A stretch of 63,184 nucleotides of DNA, the filler included, from Octopus bimaculoides (taxonomy: Eukaryota), in assembly GCF_001194135.2 (NCBI RefSeq). It is 7 parts of 7 records of this genome, joined end to end, with 100 filler letters (N's around TTAATTAATTAA, not from the genome) between each part and the next. Parts side by side here need not be neighbours in the genome. Positions count along the whole stretch, not along the records: positions 15,203 to 42,820 come from NC_069004.1; positions 42,921 to 48,196 come from NW_026427828.1; positions 48,297 to 51,510 come from NC_068985.1; 4 more parts are not named here. One strand, given 5' to 3'. The notes beneath the pieces are model-generated. The model did not search any database. It had not been told where the DNA came from and was given only the letters and a program-made list of their open reading frames with translations. The position numbers were made by a program, and so were the translations under genes. Shown piece after piece: positions 37,197 to 48,663 of this stretch. Every line of letters starts with the position of its first letter. Positions within the stretch are counted from its first letter, which is position 1.

Positions 37197-40100
37197 AACA
37201 ACAAACAAGATGTGGACAAATATCCATCAATTGTAAATAATATAAATAATGTACATAATTCCTCATCTCTTAAATATAGAACTGTGTTACTGATTTAACT
37301 TTCAACATTGCTAATCCTGTACATTCAACGAGACATTTTATCGACACCAATGGTTCACCAGTGTTTGCTCATCCTCACCATCTTCCTCCTGATAAACTCA
37401 AGGCTGCAAAAGCAGAATTCGATCACATGCTCCAGCTGGGGCTTATTCATCCTTCTACTAGCCCCTGGTCTTCCCTTCTCCATTTAGTCCGCAAAGGAAA
37501 GACTGATGTCCAGTCAGTTGGTGATTATTGAAGATTAAATGCTATTACTACCCTGGACAAATAGTACTGTTTTTTCTAAGGTTGATCTCGTCTGGGCATA
37601 TCACCAGATTCCTTTAAATCCAGATGATATACCAAAGATTGCTGTTACTACTCCTTTTGGTTCATTTGAATTCCTTTCAATGCCTTTTGGGTTGTGGAAC
37701 GCAGCTAGTACCTTTCAAAAGTTTATAGACAAGGTCATTCACAGTCTCGACTTCATCTATACCTACATTGATGACTTACTCATCGCCAGTTCTACGAAGA
37801 AAGAGCATGTTCACCACCTGAAGCTCCTTTTTCAGCCTCTAAGCAATTATCAAGTTAAAATAAACCCAGTGAAGTGTGTATTTGGTTCTGCGTCAATGGA
37901 ATTTTTAGGCCACATCATCAACCGTGATGGAATTCGTCCTCTCCCAAAGAAGGTTCAGGCAATTCAGAAGCTTCCTCCTTCATCTTCTCTTAAGCAGCTT
38001 CGTCATTTCCTTAGTTTGCTCAATTTTTATTGCTGATTCATTCCAAATTGTGCTGAAAACTTGAGTTCACTTACAGCATTACTGAAGGATCGTAATAAGA
38101 AGAACAAAGTTATCTCCTTTTCACCATCACTTGTTGCTGATTTTCAGACTGTCAAAGAGGCCCTGGCTAATGTTTCAATGTTAGTACACCCCAAATCTGA
38201 TGCAAAGCTCTTGCTTGTGGTAGATGTATCGGATGCAACTGCGGGTGCAGTATTGCAGCAAGCTGACCAAGAAATTCTGCAACCACTGGCATTTTATTCC
38301 CTCCAGCTCAAGCCTGTGAAGACACGCTATAGCACATTTGGAAGAGAATTACTCACCATTAATTTTGTGGTGAAGTATTTTTGTCATTTCCTGGAAGGAA
38401 AGGAGTTTACGATATTCACAGACCACAGACCCGTTACTTTTGCTCTGTTTACCAAGTTGGACAAGTATTTGCTAAGAGAGATCTAACATCTTGATTATAT
38501 ATCACAGTTTTCTAGTGATATTTGGCATACCTCTGGTTCTTGTAATATTGTTGATGATGCCTTATCCTGCTTGCCTGTCTGTTCATTGTCGTTTGCTTCT
38601 ATGATAGGTTTGATTGCCTTGGCAGCTGACCAACCACTACTATCGTCTTTGGATGTTGCATCTGAGGAATTTGCAACATGCCAATTCAAGTATTTGCTGT
38701 TACCAGCTTTAGACAGAGAGATATTGTGTGATACTTCTACTGGCTCATCCCATCCACTCGTACCAGAGTCTCATTGTCACACTGTCTTCAACGCCCTGCA
38801 TACCTTATCATATATGAGATGCCAAATAATTGAATGGGCACATACATGCCTTCAGTGTCAACATTCTAAAGTTCATTGCCATGTTCGTTCACCCACTTCC
38901 AACATATACATATCGATTTAGTTGGGCCTTGGCAAACTAGCCGCAGATTCACATACATTCTTTCCTGTATTGATTAGTTTTCACGTTGGCCTGAAGCCAT
39001 TTCACTTGTCAACATTAGTGCTGAATCCATGGCACCAAGCCGTCATCTCAGGTTGGATTTCCTGCTTTGGAGTTCTTTTACATGTCACAATGGACCATAG
39101 AAGACAATTCTAAGTCACGGTTGTTCAACCAACTTTCTGGGAGTTCGCCATATTCGTACAACCAGCTACCATCCAGCTTCAAACAGTATGGTCACTTTCA
39201 CAGGCAATTAAAAGCATCTCTCCATGCATACCCTGATCCTCAATAGTGGAGTGAGTACCTGCCTTTCATTCTTTTAGGTTGTTACTCCTCTGTGAAAGAG
39301 AATTTGGGATTTTCTGCTGTGGAGTTATTATACAGATCTCCACTGTCTTTACCTGTCCAAATACTGGCCCCAGTGGATATTTCAGCACAAGATCCAGCTA
39401 CCTATGTTCATTGTCTGAAAACTTATTTCTCTGACCTTCCACTGATGTCTTCTAGAGTAGTGTAGCAGTGCCATAAGGGCTAAAAGGAATAGGGCAGAGT
39501 TATTCTCCCTCGTTCTGTCGTCAGTAGGTGGTGCCATGTTGGAACTTCCACTAGGGAGGCATAAAAACCCTACAGGGACAATGATCTTTCTCTTTTTCTG
39601 TCACTCTCACTGTGACTGCTACTGTTCCAGCTAATATCGATAAATGGACCCACGTTTTCCTCTGGGATGATTCTGTGAAGGGTCCTCTTATGCAACCCTG
39701 TAAGGGGCCTTATTGTGTCCTGGGAAAAACGTCAAAAATGTTTTCCATAGACATTAATGGATTTAAACAGACTGTTTCAATTGATAGCGTGAAGCAAGCT
39801 TTTTCTCAAGCTCTCACTCCAGAACCAAATGTCCCCATCCACTTTCCATCTCCAATATCCACAGACACCACACTCACACAAACACCACCACCACACAAGT
39901 ATGTATCTCCCGTTCCATCGCCACATGTCACAACTACCTGGGCTGGGTGTCAGGTACACTGGCCAAAACATTTGTGTAAGACTATGTATACTGTACTCTG
40001 GCATTTACACATCTTGGCATTTTCCATGCATTTTATTTGAACATTTTAGCACATTCCTGACATTTTCCTTATGTGGTACATGCTGTGTCTTCAAACTTTT

Positions 40101-41312
40101 GGAACTGCTGCATTAATTTTTGCATGTTTTATTTTCTCTTTTCACTGTTGGAACTGTTTTTTTTTTTTTCCTTTTTCTTCCATTTTGTGCATGCCTTTCC
40201 TGATATTTCCACTCCCTCTGTTTTGTTCCCTAGTTTGGCCTTTTGCTATGACATACCTCTTTTTCAACTTACAGTCATGGGGGGAGTAGTGTAGCAGTGC
40301 CTGACATAAAGGATAAAAGGAACAGGGCAGAGTTATGCTCCCTCATTCTGTCGTCAGTAGGTGGTGCTGTGTTGGAACTTCCACTAGGGAGGCATAAAAA
40401 CCCTACAGGGACAATGATCTTTCTCTTTTTCTGCCACTCTCACTCATGGGCAGTTTGACTTGTCAACTGACACAGCCACCAAGGACTGTTAGCTCGCTTC
40501 ACCTTTGGCCATCACTGCAACCACATGTAGTAGGTGCATTTCCTACTCTCTTCTGTTTCAGCGTCAATCACATAAGATGTAACCACAGCTTTTATTTATT
40601 CACATTCACTTTTGTATGAACACCGTTATAAAAACTTGTTGAACTTTGACTTGATTTTGTTTGTTACACTAGTACATGCACTTTAACACAAACAAGAACA
40701 CAGAATTCATGTTTACTCTTCCCTAAAACATTTTACTTATGACAATCCAGTCTTTTTGTATATCATGGACTTCACTATCAGAAGTATCCTTCTTTATTAA
40801 TAACAGTGGCTTGTTGTGATCTAAAGGGAAGATTTGGCTGTTATTTCTAGTAAGTCATTGGCTCACATAAAGGCCTCCTCATTGGTCCATGTAGAAACTT
40901 CTCAAATGAATCAGTGAGATTTAAGTGTATCAGCCATCAACAGAGTAGCATCAGTACAGGGACAGAAATTATTGATCCTTTTGGTGAAGAGTCCAACAGC
41001 AATCTAGTATTTCATTCAGCCAGATGTGACATTGCCTTTCAACATCTTAATTAACAATAAACATTTAGCATGTATCAGTAACCTATTACTCTTAATTTAT
41101 AAATAAAAGTTCCTTGTACTATTTCAGTCTAGTACTAGAAAAATATTTCTAGGAATAAGACAGCTACTGATGATCAGAGATTAACCTGACTGTGATATAA
41201 TGTAGATGTATATATTAAAACAAATTTTTCATCTAAAAAGATTGGAAACAGACCCCCAAAATTATAATTGTTAATAACTTGAGTCACATATTTAAACAAA
41301 AAGCTATGTTAC

Positions 41313-41420
41313 CATATTTTCTCCATTTAACAGTATCTTCTGTTCATATTCATTGTAGGCCTCTTGAATTCTTTTCTGGCATTGTTCTATACAATTGGAA
41401 TTATTTTTTTGTTCAATATT
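41313..41420 (-). CDS. Candidate exon of minus-strand coiled-coil protein gene
   Basis: Branch gctaat plus acceptor cactttaatcctgtacatttcAG, donor atg|GTAACA; 108 nt, the only open frame: NIEQKNNSNCIEQCQKRIQEAYNEYEQKILLNGENM; phase 0/0. Confidence 0.55.
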
Positions 41421-41851
41421 CTGAAATGTACAGGATTAAAGTGATTAGCTATTGCCAGACCAGTTCCATTTACTTATCTTCTTGTATTTTTCAACTGGAC
41501 TTTCTGTATTTGAGATCACTTAACTCTATGGTAATACTAGCATACCCATGTCATTAAAAATGCAGAGTTTTATTAATGATAGAAAATGGCACATCAACAT
41601 AATGGGGGAAAACATTTATAAATGTCAGCAATCTACTAAATATATGTTCATATACAGAATTGAAGCACTTGAAGAATCAAATACAATGGTAAAGTTTCAG
41701 TTGTATGTGTGTGTATACACACACAAACACACGTATACATATATATGTGCATATGAATACACACACACACACATACACATATAGTTGAAATTTACAGAAA
41801 AACAAAAGATGAAGACAGGTGTATAAACAACAAGTAGGTGTATTAGTCTGA

Positions 41852-42764
41852 CAGGGTGTTCCAAAAAATTTGACATCATTTCATCACCTTATAATGTAAA
41901 CAATTTTCATCCGAATTGTCTCAAATTTTAGCAGTATGTCTAGAATTCAATACATTTTTAAAATATGATCTTTCATATGTTTTTCTTTTCAGGATTAGAC
42001 ATGTAATTTACTGCAACAGAAAAAGCATTCTGTGTATTGAAGTATACCCAAACTCAGTCAAATGTGAATGTGCAACATGTATTTGTTAGAAGATTTCATA
42101 AACAAGTGCCAACAGGGAAGCAGATTTGGACATGGTATAAGAAGTTTCAAGAGGAAGGCTGTTTGTGTTGGAAAAAAGGATCTGAACGGCCAGCGGTTTC
42201 AGAAGAGATGGTGAACAAACTTCAGGAAATGCTTAGTCAGAGTCCAAAGAAATCTGTGCAAAGAGCAAGTCTGGAAACCTGGATCGCCAAGTCAACTGTT
42301 TGGTGTGCCATAAGAAAACACTTGTGGCTGACCCCCTACAAGCTTTAGCTTGTGCAGACTTTAAAGCCAGCTGACAAACAAAAGTGTAAAATGTTCTGTG
42401 AAGATATGCAAGAGAAACTTGAAGATGACAACTTTGAAAACCATCTTGCTTTCAGTGACAAGGCCACGTTCCATATAAATGGCAAAGTGGACAAATGCTC
42501 ACATTTGGGGTTGAAGAAAATCCAATTGACACAATTTAACATGAAAGGGACTCACCAAAAGTGAATGTGTTCTATGCCATCTCAAAGAACTGTGATAACT
42601 TTGGAACATTATAAAATTATCATCTCACATAATTTTTTGTTGGAAATCTGTAGAATATAACTTGTTATGTTCAAAATTAAGCCTATTAAGTTTCATTTCT
42701 CTTGACTTTGCAGTCACTCCGATATGGACATCTCAAATGATGTCACATTTTTTGGGACATCCTG
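41852..42764 (+). mobile_element. Tc1/mariner-superfamily element with TIRs, transposase truncated
   Basis: TIRs cagggtgttccaaaaaatttgacatcattt / aaatgatgtcacattttttgggacatcctg; HTH region, PKKSVQRAS, FSDKATFHING; stop codon and 3' deletion. Confidence 0.85.
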
Positions 42765-43502
42765 TATATATATATATATATATGAATTACGGAAAAATTT
42801 GGATAAGTACTGTTTTTTACNNNNNNNNNNNNNNNNNNNNNNNNNNNNNNNNNNNNNNNNNNNNTTAATTAATTAANNNNNNNNNNNNNNNNNNNNNNNN
42901 NNNNNNNNNNNNNNNNNNNNTACGAGTGAGTAAACAAACGAAAGAAGGGCACAAATATATTGGAATCAAAATAGTTTGATTCGAACTCTTTGATACTCTT
43001 GAAACTCATGCTTGAAACTCAGAGTACCAAAGAGTTTGAATCAAACTGTTTTGATCTGAAGAGATGCACAACTGCACAAAAGACTGCCACTCCTGCTACT
43101 GAATTCTTCTTACAACATTAAGCAACACAAAGTTCACTCACACATATGCATATAAACTGCCAAAACCACACACACAATACATACACATACATACGCGCAC
43201 ACACAGACTTGCGCACACGCACATGCCCACACATACCTCCTTCTCTTACACTCTCCTGTCTTAGAAATAACTTTTTCTTCACTCATTCCCTTCCAGTCAT
43301 TTTAAAATGCAACCACATGTGAACCGTTGGCGATTTTCTTCCCCCGTCTTCCCTTCTATTGGACTTTTCTCTGTTTCCGAAGAAGAACATCGGCTCGAAA
43401 CGTTAAGCCATCTTTCTTTCCTTCTCTGAGCGTCTGCTAATACTTTACATGTATCACGTCCTCGCGTTGTTTTTTTTGTGTTTGTTCTTCCGTTTTGGAT
43501 TT

Positions 43503-43542
<40 letters not shown>

Positions 43543-43543
<1 letters not shown>

Positions 43544-43850
43544 GAGCGTGACCATTGCCAGTGATGCCTGGCTGGCCATCGTGGGATTTTCAAGCGAGAT
43601 TGTTGCCAGTGCCCCTGGACAGGCTCTTGTGTGGGTGGCACATAAAATGCACTATTTTGAGCGTGGCCGTTGCCAGTACCGCCTGACTGGCCCTTGTGCG
43701 GGTGACACGTGAAAGCACCCACTACACTCTCTGAATGGTTGGCCTTAGGAAGGGCATCCTTGTGTAGCCATCTGGTTTCACCAGTCCTCAGTCAAATCGT
43801 CCAACCCATGCTAGCATGGAAAGCGGACGTTAAACGATGATGATGATGAC
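43543..43850 (+). mobile_element. RTE-type 3' tail/non-autonomous retroposon with (GAT)n end
   Basis: Tandem ~45-bp ttgccagt units, then caacccatgctagcatggaaagcggacgttaaacgatgatg; same tail at 13777-13860. Confidence 0.6.
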
Positions 43851-43898
43851 ATACATATATATATATATATATACATATATATACACACACACACACAG

Positions 43899-43987
<89 letters not shown>

Positions 43988-44365
43988 CATATATATATAT
44001 ACATATTTATACATATACATACACACACACACACATATATATATCTATTATATGCATGTATATAAATGCATATAAATATGTATAAATATACATACATATA
44101 CACACATACCAATATATATACACACACACATACATACACCTTTATATATACATATATGTATATATATATTAATACATATGCATCCGGTAATGAGGCCTTG
44201 GTTCCAGAATTCCAGTATTTCAAGGAGTATGAAACCACCTTTTAGCCATTCTTATTCCCTGATCAACTCTATCTCGAGATTGTAGCACCTGTCAGGTTCC
44301 CAGTTATAAAGAGCATGTTACAGATTTGTCTCTAGCTGAAAGTCAAAGCTGAAGCACGACATTCA

Positions 44366-44672
44366 GGTACTATTCAAGAAGAGTGGTCCCGGTGCGTGCA
44401 CTCGCGTACTTGCGCATCCGCGCTAGCTAATCGATCCTACAATGACTATCTAGCGCGAATGCGCTAAACATGTTTGAGGGTTTTTTCTAAACAAAGTAAA
44501 TAATTTTTTTTAAACAAAGTAAATAAAACGCAAAGTCAATAATACTTTGTGTAAAAAATTATTTACTTTGTTTAGAAAAAAACCCTAATAGAATTGGCTA
44601 GTCACGACTAGCTAGTGCGGATGCGCGAGTACGCGAGTGCACGCACCGGGACCACTTTTCTTGAGTAGTACC
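44366..44672. mobile_element. MITE with GGTAC termini and 8-bp TSD
   Basis: ~65-bp near-perfect TIRs; flanks gacattca / gacattta. Confidence 0.85.
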
Positions 44673-44889
44673 GACATTTATAACCAGCTGCGGACATAAC
44701 TGCTTGGTATCACCTCCAATCCAAACAAGCATGGACTTTATTGTGCTCAATCCTTCCAGTAATTTTCTATAGGAAGCAGTTTGTAGGCTTACTACTCAGC
44801 CTTTTAAAGTATATGCCATGAAACTGATCTTGATGTACAAGTGTAAAAAAAAACCCCACTAAGCATCAAAGCATCTGTTCAACGATTAC

Positions 44890-44934
44890 CTTTGCTGATG
44901 TAATCTTGTACAACCTGTAACATGAATGAGTCAT
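44890..44934 (-). CDS. Possible first coding exon of minus-strand gene
   Basis: Donor caaag|GTAATC; MTHSCYRLYKITSAK (phase 0); lies just downstream of the promoter-like cluster. The region may instead be a very old RTE relic. Confidence 0.2.
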
Positions 44935-45156
44935 CGACAGCTAAACCGGTATCACCACAAGGTTGGCGTTAGAAACCCAGCAGGATAAAAGTAACACTCG
45001 TCAAAAAGCCAGATAAATACAATACAGAGTCAACGGGCATCTAACATTATTATGCACGGTGTCATACCCGAGTATATAACCGAGTGAGCAATTAGACCTG
45101 TAGCGAAACTAATTTCATAATTGCATGTTTAAACTTAAACAGTCTAAAAAGGGCTC

Positions 45157-45200
45157 CACGTGTAAGTGTAATGATTGGTCATGCGACCAATCATGTGACG
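45157..45200. promoter_or_regulatory. Promoter-like motif cluster (E-box, inverted CCAAT pair, TCATGTGAC)
   Basis: CACGTG 45157-62; gATTGGtc-atgc-gaCCAATc palindrome 45173-92; TCATGTGAC 45191-99; CpG retained locally. Confidence 0.3.
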
Positions 45201-45426
45201 CTGAAAAACTTTGTCAATTCAGGCATTTGGATCGGTCTAGATTTACGTGGAATACGATCCAATTCTGTTGTGCAATAGACCACCAAACGTGGCAAATTCT
45301 AAATTTTCGTCTGAGCCACTTTTTGTTAATAAATAGTATGAAGTTTTTCATCTTAGCCAGAAGGGAGAGTTTGTTTTCAGGAAGCTATGTAACATTATTT
45401 TTGTTCTTGTTGTTTCTAATATCACA

Positions 45427-45461
<35 letters not shown>

Positions 45462-45612
45462 CTTGAGCTGAAAAGCTGTGATTTTCTACAGACAACCTTC
45501 TTTGTGACGTGTTAATCTGGTTCGCTGTATAATTTTATTTCATGGAAAAATAAAGTGTCGCTGTTAATTGATAGCTCGTTTCTTGAATTATTTCCACTGT
45601 TCTATATGCAAC

Positions 45613-46696
45613 GGATCTTTCTGATTTGACGGGCACCACTTGTTTTCTTAACGAAACACTTTCAAACTTGGGATACTGGTAGAATGTGTCATATAAAACA
45701 TCTTTTTCTCTTAGCCTTCTTAACAAAAATTTCTTCTTAATAAGTTATTTCATGTTAAAGTTGTCGTATTTCTGTAATTTCAACCAAGCACTGACGTCTA
45801 TTCAGCTGAATACAGTTACTGCTGTTTTTGTAAACAATAACTTTTGCCGGTGTCAAGAGTGTTATTCCTGTTTAATTATATCATTATTCTGATCTTTCTG
45901 ATTTGACAGGCACCACTTGTTTTCTTAACGAAACACTTTCAAACTTGGGATACTGGTAGAATGTGTCATATAAAACAACTTTTTCTCTTAGCCTTCTTTA
46001 ACAAAAAATTGTACATCGCAAGTTATTTCATGTTAAAGTTGTCATATTTCTGTAATTTCAACCAATCACTGACGTCTATTCAGCTGAATAGTTACTGCTG
46101 TTTTTGTAAACAATAATTTTTGCCGGTGTCAAGAGTGTTATTCCCTGTTTAATTATATCATTATTCCCTAGTAAGGGTTTAGGGTTAGGGTTCGGGTTTT
46201 AGAGTTAGGGTTAGGGTTCTAGGGTCAGGGTTAGGGTTATGGTTATGAGTTATAGGGTTTTAGGGTTAGGGTTATGAGTGAGGTTATGGCAAAAATAGTC
46301 ATAACCCTAAAACTAACCCTAACTCTAAAACCCAAACCCTAACCCTAAAGCTAAAACTAGTACAAACGCACGAACGATGTCATAAATAACAGGACCACAG
46401 ATAGTTGTTGACAAACTACGGCACTAATTTTATTCAAGGGAAAAGATCCCATGACACCGTTAGAACATGTTGTTTACATTCCACGGCAGTAATTGTTTTC
46501 ACCTCAATAGACGTCAGTGATTGGTTGAAATTACCGAAATACGACAATTTTTTACATGAAATAACTTCGAATACAAAAATTTTTATCTCTTCTATAACAC
46601 AAAATATACAAGTATACGAAGTTTGAAAGTGTTTCGGTACCAAAACACTACATAAAACATAAATGAAAAGTATTGCCCGTCAAATCAGAAAGATCC
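45613..46696. mobile_element. Foldback element with duplicated left arm and central head-to-head TTAGGG/CCCTAA tracts
   Basis: TIR ggatctttctgatttgacgggca / tgcccgtcaaatcagaaagatcc; left arm repeated at 45613 and 45890; degenerate telomeric repeats 46170-46350. Confidence 0.75.
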
Positions 46697-48144
46697 AAAT
46701 TATTTTCCAAAATTCCAATTTTTAAGTAAACAAAATATATTTAATTGAAAAACGGTGTCAAAANNNNNNNNNNNNNNNNNNNNNNNNNNNNNNNNNNNNN
46801 NNNNNNNNNNNNNNNNNNNNNNNNNNNNNNNNNNNNNNNNNNNNNNNNNNNNNNNNNNNNNNNNNNNNNNNNNNNNNNNNNNNNNNNNNNNNNNNNNNNN
46901 NNNNNNNNNNNNNNNNNNNNNNNNNNNNNNNNNNNNNNNNNNNNNNNNNNNNNNNNNNNNNNNNNNNNNNNNNNNNNNNNNNNNNNNNNNNNNNNNNNNN
47001 NNNNNNNNNNNNNNNNNNNNNNNNNNNNNNNNNNNNNNNNNNNNNNNNNNNNNNNNNNNNNNNNNNNNNNNNNNNNNNNNNNNNNNNNNNNNNNNNNNNN
47101 NNNNNNNNNNNNNNNNNNNNNNNNNNNNNNNNNNNNNNNNNNNNNNNNNNNNNNNNNNNNNNNNNNNNNNNNNNNNNNNNNNNNNNNNNNNNNNNNNNNN
47201 NNNNNNNNNNNNNNNNNNNNNNNNNNNNNNNNNNNNNNNNNNNNNNNNNNNNNNNNNNNNNNNNNNNNNNNNNNNNNNNNNNNNNNNNNNNNNNNNNNNN
47301 NNNNNNNNNNNNNNNNNNNNNNNNNNNNNNNNNNNNNNNNNNNNNNNNNNNNNNNNNNNNNNNNNNNNNNNNNNNNNNNNNNNNNNNNNNNNNNNNNNNN
47401 NNNNNNNNNNNNNNNNNNNNNNNNNNNNNNNNNNNNNNNNNNNNNNNNNNNNNNNNNNNNNNNNNNNNNNNNNNNNNNNNNNNNNNNNNNNNNNNNNNNN
47501 NNNNNNNNNNNNNNNNNNNNNNNNNNNNNNNNNNNNNNNNNNNNNNNNNNNNNNNNNNNNNNNNNNNNNNNNNNNNNNNNNNNNNNNNNNNNNNNNNNNN
47601 NNNNNNNNNNNNNNNNNNNNNNNNNNNNNNNNNNNNNNNNNNNNNNNNNNNNNNNNNNNNNNNNNNNNNNNNNNNNNNNNNNNNNNNNNNNNNNNNNNNN
47701 NNNNNNNNNNNNNNNNNNNNNNNNCTAAAAAAAAATAATGGAAAGAAAAAGTGGAAGAGGAAGAGAGAAAGCGTTTAAGCAAAGAAAATGTTTGTAACCA
47801 AGACAGAGTTTGTTTGCCAGCGTCTAATAAAAAAAAAAAGAACGAAAATGGGGAAGAGGGAAACAGAAAGCGTCTAACAAATCATTTATTTATTTTTAAT
47901 CGTTCATCTTTCTCCCCCCCTCTCACTCTCACACACACGCACATATACTACTTTGGGAGCGAAAGAGTTTTGTTTATATTTCACAACAACAATGTAACAA
48001 AGAGGTGTAACAATTTGTCAGTGAATTACACAAATGGGTAAAATTTCCGAGGCTTCCACCCCACCCCCCAACCCGTTTTTCGGACCTCAAAAAGGGTTTG
48101 GTAATTTTTCAGATTGACACCTGCACCATTTCCACTCGGGTGTT

Positions 48145-48196
48145 ATGGTTAGGGTTAGGGTTAAGGTTAGTGTTAGGGTTAGGATTAGGATTAGGG
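48145..48196 (+). repeat. Degenerate (TTAGGG)n running into a gap
   Basis: ttagggttagggttaaggttagtgttagggttaggattagg. Confidence 0.7.
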
Positions 48197-48663
48197 NNNN
48201 NNNNNNNNNNNNNNNNNNNNNNNNNNNNNNNNNNNNNNNNTTAATTAATTAANNNNNNNNNNNNNNNNNNNNNNNNNNNNNNNNNNNNNNNNNNNNGGTA
48301 GTGACAGTGGCAGCAATGATGATTATCATCATCTCCATGATGATAGTGCATGTTTGTTTTGAGGAAGATATATACATATCAAGAATCAATATGTCATTAA
48401 AAAAATAGCTCACTTATATTCTCATTTTTATATATATAGATACAGCTGNNNNNNNNNNNNNNNNNNNNNNNNNNNNNNNNNNNNNNNNNNNNNNNNNNNN
48501 NNNNNNNNNNNNNNNNNNNNNNNNNNNNNNNNNNNNNNNNNNNNNNNNNNNNNNNNNNNNNNNNNNNNNNNNNNNNNNNNNNNNNNNNNNNNNNNNNNNN
48601 NNNNNNNNNNNNNNNNNNNNNNNNNNNNNNNNNNNNNNNNNNNNNNNNNNNNNNNNNNNNNNN

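Larger units (their letters stand above)
36146..37286 (+). mobile_element. Penelope-like element: GIY-YIG body flanked by inverted terminal repeats; 12-bp TSD
   Basis: Body 36441-36947 (NCVYSIPCSCGRLYKGET..RVEEH); repeats 36146-36440 (-) and 36948-37286 (+); TSD ttactgatttaa at 36134-45 and 37287-98; removing it restores Gypsy pol FPELTDLTFNI. Confidence 0.9.
34321..40730 (+). mobile_element. Gypsy LTR retrotransposon with both LTRs, decayed (CsRn1/Kabuki-like gag)
   Basis: 5' LTR 34321-34757, PBS tggtcacc, gag LGDRKP/CWYHNSFG, protease [31 protein letters not shown]; PPT ggggggag; 3' LTR 40290-40730 TG..CA; no clear TSD. Confidence 0.92.

Noticed and set aside
41658-41688. Plus-strand 31-nt micro-exon candidate IEALEESNTM
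   Set aside because: Isolated, opposite to the better-supported minus-strand exons, no phase partners.
46170-46350. Ancestral chromosome fusion site
   Set aside because: Lies centrally between transposon-like inverted arms; element origin is more parsimonious.
46700-47782. Long ORFs (also 32269-33339, 59459-60631, 1579-2302)
   Set aside because: They are open only because they span N gaps.
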